Assembly: GCA_043823745.1 (NCBI GenBank)
Contig: JBDRAN010000006.1
Coordinates: 40,176-104,175, forward strand
Direction: 5' to 3'
Source of the DNA: Candidatus Omnitrophota bacterium
GTDB taxonomy: Bacteria; Omnitrophota; Gorgyraeia; Duberdicusellales; 4484-171
Length of the DNA stretch: 64,000 bases
The notes under the pieces were generated by a model. It ran no database searches. It was not told where the DNA came from and was given only the letters and a program-made list of their open reading frames with translations. Shown here piece by piece: positions 27,758-35,648 of this stretch. How positions within the stretch are numbered: the first letter of the stretch is position 1; every line of letters begins with the position of its first letter. Both the position numbers and the translations under genes were made by a program.

Positions 27758-28759
27758 ATGCCTGAACTAAGAAAAGATCCTATTGTTGCCCGCTGGGTCG
27801 TGGTGAATGTGGAAAAGCCGTATGAACCTAGTGATTTCCATGTCGTACCGTTTGTTTGGAAAGGCAAAGACGGTTGTTCGTTTTGCACCAACAATGAGCA
27901 CCTGACGCCACCGGAAGTTGAAGCGATTTCTGAAATCCACCGCGCGCCGAACACGCCGGGATGGAAAGTGCGTGTTGTCCCTAACAAGTTTCCCGCGCTT
28001 AAAATTGAGGGAGCACTCGATAAGCGGGCGCTGGGAATCTATGACATGTCCAACGGCATCGGCGCGCATGAAGTTATTATCGATAATCCTGATCATTTTA
28101 AAACAATCGCCGAACTAAGCACCGTTGACGTTGAATATATCTTAAAAGCGTACCGTTCCCGCTCTCTCGATTTACGACGCGACCGGCGCTTCAAATACTT
28201 GCTTATTTTCAAGAACGTCGGCGTTGAAGCCGGTGCCAGCCTTGAGCACGGTCACTCGCAGCTCATCGCGCTGCCGATGGTTCCGAAAAACGTCAAGGAA
28301 GAGGTCAAGGGCGCCCGACACTACTATGAATACCGTGAGCGTTGCATCTTTTGCGATATGCTTGCCTACGAAGAAGAAAGCGACAAGGGACGCGTGGTCG
28401 CGGAGAACGAGGGTTTTGTCTCGTTCTGCCCGCTCTCAAGCAGATTTTCATTTGAAACCTGGATTGTCCCCAAGCAACATTCAACCGACTATGCCGAAAT
28501 TGACGACAGCCGGGTAAAAGACCTTGCGACAATCTTAAAAGAAACGTTGCTACGCTTAAAGAAAGTCCTGGGGGAACACCCTTATAATTACATTCTGCAC
28601 ACTTCTCCCGTCAATACCGACGCGCATTTTTCGTTCCACTGGCATATTGAGATTATGCCTAAGCTTACACGCGTAGCCGGTTTTGAATGGGGCAGCGGAT
28701 TTTACCTTGTGTTTACTCCGCCCGAAGTAGCCGCGAAACATTTGCGAGAGGTCAAATGA
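27758..28759 (+). CDS. GalT-family nucleotidyltransferase paralog 2 (canonical HGHSQ active site)
   Basis: ~45% identical to paralog 1 by eye; CSFC knuckle, HEVIIDNPDH, canonical EHGHSQLIA. Confidence 0.75.
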   Translation: MPELRKDPIVARWVVVNVEKPYEPSDFHVVPFVWKGKDGCSFCTNNEHLTPPEVEAISEIHRAPNTPGWKVRVVPNKFPALKIEGALDKRALGIYDMSNGIGAHEVIIDNPDHFKTIAELSTVDVEYILKAYRSRSLDLRRDRRFKYLLIFKNVGVEAGASLEHGHSQLIALPMVPKNVKEEVKGARHYYEYRERCIFCDMLAYEEESDKGRVVAENEGFVSFCPLSSRFSFETWIVPKQHSTDYAEIDDSRVKDLATILKETLLRLKKVLGEHPYNYILHTSPVNTDAHFSFHWHIEIMPKLTRVAGFEWGSGFYLVFTPPEVAAKHLREVK

Positions 28760-28795
28760 AATAGCAGTTTTCAAGCCTCGGGCGACGGAAAACTG

Positions 28796-28926
28796 CGTGA
28801 TTGAATTTGACCCCGCTCCTTTGGCAGAAGATTGTGCAGCTATATTATAGAAGTAAGTTAAAGTTACGCATGTAATCAAACGGTTGGATAAAACCTTCGC
28901 CAAAGGGGCGGGGTTTAATTCGTAGA
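28796..28926. repeat. IR-bounded ~130-nt promoter-proximal cassette, copy 2 (upstream of gap)
   Basis: Left arm gcgtgattgaatttgaccccgctcctttggc (28796-28826); right arm ccaaaggggcggggtttaattcgtag (28901-28926); followed by hairpin gtcccgc…gcgggac and CTCATTAAAGGAGG-ATG. Confidence 0.65.
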
Positions 28927-29011
28927 CGTCCCGCATAAAAAGGCGGGACTACAATTTACGTTCGCTCTCATACATTGCTCCGTAAATTGTCTACTCATTA
29001 AAGGAGGTTCT

Positions 29012-30064
29012 ATGGCGGTCAAAGTCGGTATCAATGGGTTTGGAAGAATCGGAAGGATGGTAGGTCGAGCGATCCTTGAACGAAATTCAAAAAACATCGA
29101 ACTTGTAGCAGTTAATGATATTACGGATGCCAAAGCTCTTGCGCATCTTCTCAAATACGACTCGGTCCATGGCCGCTTTCCCGGGGGCGACGTCAAAGTC
29201 GGTACAGGCTCAATTATGGTTAACGGTAAAGAGATAAAAGTACTCGCTAAAAAAGATCCGGGGGAATTGCCGTGGAAAGAGCTTGGCGTTGATATCGTGG
29301 TCGAATCAACAGGGCTTTTTACCATAAAGAATGACGGCGTCAACAAGAAAGGAAAAGAAGTAAAAGGTGCCATCAACCATATTGCCAAGGGCGGCGCAAA
29401 AAAAGTTATTATCTCGGCTCCGGCAGAAGGAGAAGATATCACGATTGTCATGGGTGTTAACGACAATAAATATGACCCCAAGAATCACCATGTGATTTCA
29501 AACGCTTCCTGCACCACCAACTGCCTTGGACCTGTCGCGAAAATTATCAATGATACCTGGGGTATTGAGAAAGGCTTAATGACCACCATACACGCCTACA
29601 CGAACGACCAGCGCGTACAGGACCTTCCGCACTCGGATATGCGCAGAGCCCGTGCGGCAGCAGTGTCGATGATTCCCACCTCAACCGGTGCAGCGAGAGC
29701 TATCGGCCTGGTTATTCCTGAGCTTAAAGGAAAACTGGACGGCTTTGCCATGAGAGTCCCGGTTGTTAATGTCTCGGTAGTTGATCTTTCCTGCACGCTC
29801 AAGAAAGACGTAACGGTAGAAGATATCAACGGAGCACTTAAAACAGCTTCCCAGGGTGCCTTGAAAGACATTCTTGATTATACCGACGAAGATGTTGTTT
29901 CGGTTGACTTTAACCATTACCCGGCTTCATCAACGGTCGATTCCAAAATGACGAAGGTTATCGGCGGTAACTTCGTAAAAGTCCTTGCCTGGTATGATAA
30001 CGAGTGGGGTTATTCCTGCAGAGTAGTAGATTTGATTGAATTAATGGTAAAGAAAGGATTATAA
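29012..30064 (+). CDS. gap: glyceraldehyde-3-phosphate dehydrogenase
   Basis: NGFGRIGR Rossmann motif, catalytic SCTTNCL; 350 aa. Confidence 0.9.
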   Translation: MAVKVGINGFGRIGRMVGRAILERNSKNIELVAVNDITDAKALAHLLKYDSVHGRFPGGDVKVGTGSIMVNGKEIKVLAKKDPGELPWKELGVDIVVESTGLFTIKNDGVNKKGKEVKGAINHIAKGGAKKVIISAPAEGEDITIVMGVNDNKYDPKNHHVISNASCTTNCLGPVAKIINDTWGIEKGLMTTIHAYTNDQRVQDLPHSDMRRARAAAVSMIPTSTGAARAIGLVIPELKGKLDGFAMRVPVVNVSVVDLSCTLKKDVTVEDINGALKTASQGALKDILDYTDEDVVSVDFNHYPASSTVDSKMTKVIGGNFVKVLAWYDNEWGYSCRVVDLIELMVKKGL

Positions 30065-30066
30065 TA

Positions 30067-30131
30067 CTAGAAGCGGAAGTACGCGGAACATCAGCGTTTA
30101 TCCGCGTTTTGATCCGCGGCAATCCGCTTCT
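30067..30131. repeat. REP/MITE-like intergenic element family 1, copy A (gap-pgk spacer)
   Basis: tagaagcggaagtacgcggaacatcagcgtttatccgcgttttgatccgcggcaatccgcttcta; terminal 10-bp inverted repeat tagaagcgga/tccgcttcta; internal GCGGAA and ATCCGC iterations. Confidence 0.75.
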
Positions 30132-30140
30132 AATAAAAAG

Positions 30141-31328
30141 GTGGTCATGTCAAAACTAACCCTTAACGATGTGGATGTAACGGGAAAAAAAGTGATTATG
30201 CGCGTTGACTTTAACGTGCCGCTTGATAAGCAAGGCGTAATTACGGATGATAACCGCATACGGGAGGCTCTGCCGACCATCAAATATATTCTTGAGCGCG
30301 GAGCGCGCACATTAATTCTTATGAGTCATCTGGGCAGGCCTGACGGAACGGTTGTTGAAGGCCTGCGTATGAGCGCGGTAGCAAAGAAATTATCAAGCTT
30401 GCTCGGACAAGAGGTAGAAAAGCTTGACGACTGCGTGGGGCCGGAGGTGCAAAAGGCAATCGCGGCGACAAAGGCAAAAATCGTTCTTCTTGAGAATCTT
30501 CGTTTTCACGCAGAGGAAGAAGCCGGTGACGAAGCGTTTGCCAAAGAACTCGCTTCGCTTGCCGATATCTATGTCAATGACGCATTCGGCACCGCTCATC
30601 GCGCGCATGCTTCAACCACGCTTATCGCACAGTTCATCCCCTCCTGCCTCGGTTTTCTCATGGAGAAAGAAGTAACCTCGCTCGCCGCGGCATTAAAGCC
30701 TGCCAAGCCATATGTCGTGATCTTAGGAGGGGCGAAGGTCTCCGATAAAATCGGCGTCATCAGCAATTTAATGAAAAATGCCGATACGATACTCGTCGGC
30801 GGCGCCATGGCCTATACCTTTTTAAAAAGCAGGGGCGAGGATGTGGGTAATTCGCGCGTTGAGGCTGATAAGCTTGCCCTGGCCAAAGACATCTTAACCG
30901 AAGCGAAACAGAAAAATGTGCACATTATATTACCCGTCGATCACGTGGCAGTTGAAGCGATCGATAACCCCGCGACAAAGAAAATCGTGGACACAATCCC
31001 CGCTGGTTTTCTGGGCGTCGATATCGGCCCCAAAACAATCGCGCTGTTTAAGAAAGAACTTTCTCTCGCTAAAACGGTGCTCTGGAACGGGCCCGTGGGC
31101 ATTTTTGAGAAAGAACCATACGCTCAGGGGACACGTGAGCTCGCGCTGTACCTGGCGACACTTACAAGCACAACCGTTATTGTCGGAGGCGGGGATTCTG
31201 CCGCAGCTGCCAAGAAATTTGGAGTAGCCGGAAGTCTTTCGCACGTTTCAACCGGCGGAGGAGCTTCGCTTGAACTCTTAGAAGGGAAAGAATTGTCGGG
31301 GATCGCGATAATACCGGATAAAAAATAG
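30141..31328 (+). CDS. pgk: phosphoglycerate kinase
   Basis: Typical PGK N- and C-domain motifs; 395 aa; its TAG stop lies inside family-1 copy B. Confidence 0.9.
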   Translation: MVMSKLTLNDVDVTGKKVIMRVDFNVPLDKQGVITDDNRIREALPTIKYILERGARTLILMSHLGRPDGTVVEGLRMSAVAKKLSSLLGQEVEKLDDCVGPEVQKAIAATKAKIVLLENLRFHAEEEAGDEAFAKELASLADIYVNDAFGTAHRAHASTTLIAQFIPSCLGFLMEKEVTSLAAALKPAKPYVVILGGAKVSDKIGVISNLMKNADTILVGGAMAYTFLKSRGEDVGNSRVEADKLALAKDILTEAKQKNVHIILPVDHVAVEAIDNPATKKIVDTIPAGFLGVDIGPKTIALFKKELSLAKTVLWNGPVGIFEKEPYAQGTRELALYLATLTSTTVIVGGGDSAAAAKKFGVAGSLSHVSTGGGASLELLEGKELSGIAIIPDKK

Positions 31329-31400
31329 AAGCGGAACAACGCGGAAGCACGCGGAACATCAGCGTCTATCCGCGTTTTGATCCGCAGCAATCCGCTTCTA
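31326..31400. repeat. REP/MITE-like element family 1, copy B (pgk-tpiA spacer; has an extra ACGCGGAA unit)
   Basis: tagaagcggaacaacgcggaagcacgcggaacatcagcgtctatccgcgttttgatccgcagcaatccgcttcta; the pgk stop codon TAG is the first 3 nt of the element. Confidence 0.75.
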
Positions 31401-31414
31401 AAAAAAGGAATTAT

Positions 31415-32170
31415 ATGAGAAAACCAATAATTGCAGGTAACTGGAAAATGTATAAAACGATTAATGAAGGTGTGGCGCTCGCCAATGGATTAAAACGCGA
31501 GCTTCTCGACTTCAATGAAGCTGAAATCGTATTGTGCCCGCCCTTTACGGCTCTCGCGTCAATATATGAGATACTCATGGAAACCGAGATTAAACTGGGC
31601 GCGCAAAATCTTTTCTGGGAAAAAGAAGGAGCATATACCGGAGAAGTGTCTTCGCTGATGCTCAAAGACGCAGGCTGTGAATTTGTCATTCTCGGCCATT
31701 CCGAACGGCGAAAATATTTCGGGGAAACAGACGATGCAATCAACAAAAAGATACGCGTCGCCATGGCCGTCGGGCTTACGTCTATCTGTTGCGTCGGAGA
31801 AACACTCCAGGAACGGGAATCCGGAAAAACCATCGATGTTATTACGACGCAACTGACCGGTTGTTTTACGGACTTGCAGATCGAAGATATTATGGGTATT
31901 GTGATTGCGTATGAACCGGTCTGGGCTATCGGGACCGGCAAAAACGCAACACCGACGCAGGCACAGGAAGTGCACACGTTCATCCGCACCTGGCTTGCCG
32001 AACGATTCTCGGATGGTTTTGCTCAAAACACGCGTATCCTCTACGGAGGAAGCGTAAAACCCGCAAACACCAAAGAAATCATGAATGAACCTGACGTTGA
32101 CGGCGCGCTGGTCGGCGGAGCATCACTGGAAATTGCTTCGTTTGTGAATATTGTCAAAAATGCCGTCTAA
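31415..32170 (+). CDS. tpiA: triosephosphate isomerase
   Basis: AGNWKMY…, catalytic-loop motifs; 251 aa. Confidence 0.9.
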   Translation: MRKPIIAGNWKMYKTINEGVALANGLKRELLDFNEAEIVLCPPFTALASIYEILMETEIKLGAQNLFWEKEGAYTGEVSSLMLKDAGCEFVILGHSERRKYFGETDDAINKKIRVAMAVGLTSICCVGETLQERESGKTIDVITTQLTGCFTDLQIEDIMGIVIAYEPVWAIGTGKNATPTQAQEVHTFIRTWLAERFSDGFAQNTRILYGGSVKPANTKEIMNEPDVDGALVGGASLEIASFVNIVKNAV

Positions 32171-32184
32171 GGAGAATTACGCTG

Positions 32185-32592
32185 ATGTATACCTTTATGC
32201 TTGTTCTTCACATTATCATTGTTGTGGCGCTCTTGGCAGCCATCCTCATCCAGCGCGGAAGAAGCGGGGGCCTTATTGAAGCGCTGGGTGGCGTAGAATC
32301 ACTTTTTGGTACTAAGACAAGTTCATTCTTTGTCAAGATCACCGTGGTCCTGGCAGTACTTTTCTTTACTTCGACGATCACTCTTGCCTGGCTTGCCAAG
32401 GGGCGCGGCAAATCATTAATGGGTACCTACGAAACAACCATTGACGAAAATACCGCGGCACAAAAACAAACGTCTCTACCGGACGCGCGCGCCGCAGCCC
32501 CTCAGAGCGCCGGCGAACAAAAAGCAGAGACGACCGCCGCGGCTCCAAGCGCCGAGAATGCCGCACCTGCGAACACGAATGAGAATCAGTAG
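32185..32592 (+). CDS. secG: preprotein translocase subunit SecG
   Basis: Two TM helices with QRGRSGG loop, Ala/Pro-rich tail; conserved gap-pgk-tpi-secG order. Confidence 0.75.
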   Translation: MYTFMLVLHIIIVVALLAAILIQRGRSGGLIEALGGVESLFGTKTSSFFVKITVVLAVLFFTSTITLAWLAKGRGKSLMGTYETTIDENTAAQKQTSLPDARAAAPQSAGEQKAETTAAAPSAENAAPANTNENQ

Positions 32593-34387
32593 GATTATCC
32601 TGTCGGCACTTCTGTTGTGGACAACGGCGCAAAGCGGGACGGCAGCCCGGGAAATCTTTAAAAAACCCTATACCAGTTATAAACTTTCCTGCGCAGACCC
32701 CGGGGGAACGCTCGTCCTCGCGACAACAACCGAGCCAAAATCATTCAATCCCATCACCGCACAGGAAACCTCTACCACTCAAATCACTTCCTTTATTTTC
32801 GAAGGATTAACCCGCACCGATCCGCGAACCCTCGAGGTTATGCCCAATCTGGCCGAACGATGGGAGACGCGCGATGGGATCGATTGGATCTTCCACCTGC
32901 GGCGCGATGTGCGCTGGAATGACGGCGCACCTTTCAGTGCCGACGATGTCGTCTTTACGTTCAATGAAATTATTTGCAACCCCACCATACCCAGCTCAAG
33001 TAAAGACATCTTTATGCTCGACGGTAAACCCCTTATGGTAGAAAAGATCGACGCGTACACGGTCCGCTTTGAGCTTCCGTGCGTATTCGCTCCTTTTTTA
33101 CGCGCTCTTTCCCAGGAAATTCTTCCGGCACATGCCTATCAGGCGCTTGTCCTTCAGGGCCGGTTTTCTTTTTCTCTCGGCCTTGACGCAGGCTGTGCCG
33201 ACATCATCGGCACCGGACCTTTTCTCCTTTCCCAGTATCTTCCCGGGGAACGCGTCGTGCTCAAAAAAAATCCGTTTTACTGGAAACGCGATGCCTGCGG
33301 AAAACAACTTCCTTATTTAGAAAAAATTATCTTTGTGATAATTCCCAGCCCCGATACCGCGCTGATGAAATTTCTTGAAGGCCAGATCGACTACTATAGC
33401 GTGCGCCCCCAGGACCTGGGGCTGCTTGGACCCCAGCAAACGAAAAAAAGATTTAGCCTTTACAACGCCGGGCCGGGCGTCGGAACTCATTTTCTGGTGC
33501 TCAACCGCAACGATGCCGTCAACCCGCACACGCACAAACCTTTCGCGAGCCCCCATAAAGTGCGATGGGCGGATGATGTTCGTTTTCGAAAAGCCATCTC
33601 GTATGCGATCAACCGAGAAAAAATTATCGCCGTGGTCTACAACGGCCTGGGTATCGCGCAGTATTCGGCGGAGAGCCCGGCAAATAAAGCATTCTACACC
33701 GATAACATTACCACCTATCCTTACAACCCCGAACGAGCGAAAGCATTGCTTGTTGCCTGCGGTTTTACCAAGCGCCCCGACGGCACGCTCATGGATCCTG
33801 AGGGAAATGAGCTTACGCTCACCTTTATGACCAATGCCGACAGCTCCGAACGCGTACAAATCGCCTCGCTGATACAGAAAGATTTAACCGCTATAGGCAT
33901 TACCACTAATTTTATTTCCCTCGATTTTAACACCTTGGTCAACAAGCTTGTGGCGACACGTGACTGGGAAATGATGCTTATCGGCCTTTCGGGTACTATC
34001 GAACCGTATTTTGGCAAAAACGTCTGGTCGTATACCGGAAGTTTACACGCATGGGATTTAAGCGGGAAAGCGCGCGAGGCGTATGAAGAAGAGATCGAAG
34101 AAATTTTTCGCGCGGGAGCGACGACCCTGGACGAAGAAAAGCGCAAGGCGCTTTTTAGCCGCTTTCAGAAAATTGTCAGCGAAGAACAGCCGCTTATCTA
34201 TACCGTTATTCCTTATTCACTCTATGCGATAGCCGACAAATTCGGCAACCTTTTCCCTACGGTCTACGGGGGCGCGTTTTCGGAGATCGAATATCTTTAC
34301 GTAAACCCGGCGTTTGCTCACCCCACGAAAGCGGGGCACGCAAACGCTGCCCGAAGGACCGACGAACGAAACCCCGAAGAGAGATAA
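32579..34387 (+). CDS. orphan ABC-transporter substrate-binding protein, family 5 (peptide/nickel type)
   Basis: Signal peptide MRISRIILSALLLWTTAQSG, SBP_bac_5 architecture; no permease or ATPase genes adjacent; start overlaps secG stop by 14 nt. Confidence 0.7.
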   Translation: MRISRIILSALLLWTTAQSGTAAREIFKKPYTSYKLSCADPGGTLVLATTTEPKSFNPITAQETSTTQITSFIFEGLTRTDPRTLEVMPNLAERWETRDGIDWIFHLRRDVRWNDGAPFSADDVVFTFNEIICNPTIPSSSKDIFMLDGKPLMVEKIDAYTVRFELPCVFAPFLRALSQEILPAHAYQALVLQGRFSFSLGLDAGCADIIGTGPFLLSQYLPGERVVLKKNPFYWKRDACGKQLPYLEKIIFVIIPSPDTALMKFLEGQIDYYSVRPQDLGLLGPQQTKKRFSLYNAGPGVGTHFLVLNRNDAVNPHTHKPFASPHKVRWADDVRFRKAISYAINREKIIAVVYNGLGIAQYSAESPANKAFYTDNITTYPYNPERAKALLVACGFTKRPDGTLMDPEGNELTLTFMTNADSSERVQIASLIQKDLTAIGITTNFISLDFNTLVNKLVATRDWEMMLIGLSGTIEPYFGKNVWSYTGSLHAWDLSGKAREAYEEEIEEIFRAGATTLDEEKRKALFSRFQKIVSEEQPLIYTVIPYSLYAIADKFGNLFPTVYGGAFSEIEYLYVNPAFAHPTKAGHANAARRTDERNPEER

Positions 34388-34623
34388 TCCCACAAGGATA
34401 GACCTTCCTGCACCTTTTAAGGAAGGGTCTAATCATGCGTGCGGAGTAATACCAAAACGAGCCTACGCCTTTTTACGATGCTCCTCTGTGAAGCAAACAG
34501 GCATTACCGTAACCACGCGCGGTGTGCCTGTGGTATAATACAATTGTTGGCTCTCATGTACGTGAGATCCATGATCGTTTTACGGTTCCGTAAACGAAAT
34601 TCTCTTGACATCAATATCCATTT

Positions 34624-35475
34624 ATGTTACATTTAACGATGATGAGATACATTTTCATCCTTGCACTCTTTTTTTCCCCCCTCGTTTCTGTTTATAGCCA
34701 GAGTGATTCCGTAAAGGAAGATTTAAAAACTCAAGCGCGTACGTATCGAACCGAAGGCTATAGACTGCAAGCGCAAGGGGACACAGCCCAGGCGCTGATG
34801 TACTATCAGAAAGCCGCGACTCTGGACCCTACCTATCTTGAAGTCTTTAATGACATCGGGGTGGTCTGTGAGGCAATGGGTAACACCGCGGACGCCGAGG
34901 CTATGTATAAAAAAGCCTTGGAGATAGATGCGAACTATCTGGCCACCTATACTAATCTCGCATTCCTATACGAGAAAAAAGGCGATATCCCAAATGCCTC
35001 ACACTACTGGGAAAAGCGCTACGAGCTCGGCCAGGAAGGAGAATATTGGCGCGAGGTTGCCGCGCAGCACCTGCTTGCCTTAGGAACATATCCTCAGGTC
35101 AAAAAGACACTCCTTGAGAAACAAGCGTTGCGGCTTTCACGCGATCTATCCTATGATCGCGAACAGGAACGATTAAAGACTCTCGAAGAAGCGAAGTTAC
35201 ACTATGATATCGGAACGAATCTGTTTCTGCGAGCCGATTACGCCGCGGCAATAAAGGAATTTGAGACGGTTTTATCGCTTAACCCGCCTGATGAAGAGCT
35301 CAAGGCCCAGACGATCGAATTCTATAAAAAGACAGAAAAAGCGAGGACACGAGAACAAGCCATTAATGATATCCAGGAAGCGCTTACCTATATAAAGAAA
35401 GAAGATTACCTTTCCGCAGGAGAAAGACTCAAGAACGCTCTTACAGGCATTTTTCGTTTGGCCCAGGAAAAGTAA
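34624..35475 (+). CDS. secreted TPR-repeat protein
   Basis: Signal peptide plus several 34-aa TPR-like repeats (AxxYxxA…). Confidence 0.6.
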   Translation: MLHLTMMRYIFILALFFSPLVSVYSQSDSVKEDLKTQARTYRTEGYRLQAQGDTAQALMYYQKAATLDPTYLEVFNDIGVVCEAMGNTADAEAMYKKALEIDANYLATYTNLAFLYEKKGDIPNASHYWEKRYELGQEGEYWREVAAQHLLALGTYPQVKKTLLEKQALRLSRDLSYDREQERLKTLEEAKLHYDIGTNLFLRADYAAAIKEFETVLSLNPPDEELKAQTIEFYKKTEKARTREQAINDIQEALTYIKKEDYLSAGERLKNALTGIFRLAQEK

Positions 35476-35648
35476 GGTGCGGACCAGCCTTTACATCTTT
35501 TAATTCATAATTCCCAAATGATTACCAAGGTATCTCTACCGTTATAGGAACATACATGGATGCGCGCCCCTATTGCTTCAATGCGCACGTTTCTTCTTTT
35601 ATCCATACAATAATGTAAGCTACGACGGAATTCAAGCGAAACGCTATT

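Noticed and set aside
30090-30131. DnaA-box interpretation of TTATCCGCG iterations in repeat family 1
   Set aside because: They match the TTATCCACA consensus at only 7 of 9 positions with the critical CACA replaced by CGCG, and the copies are scattered after metabolic genes rather than clustered at an origin with an AT-rich DUE.
30067-31400. Family-1 elements as rho-independent terminators for gap, pgk and trpB
   Set aside because: The hairpins are followed by A-runs rather than T-runs on the coding strand (…tccgcttctaataaaaagg), so they do not fit an intrinsic terminator for plus-strand transcripts. They could still be RNase-protective 3' stem-loops.
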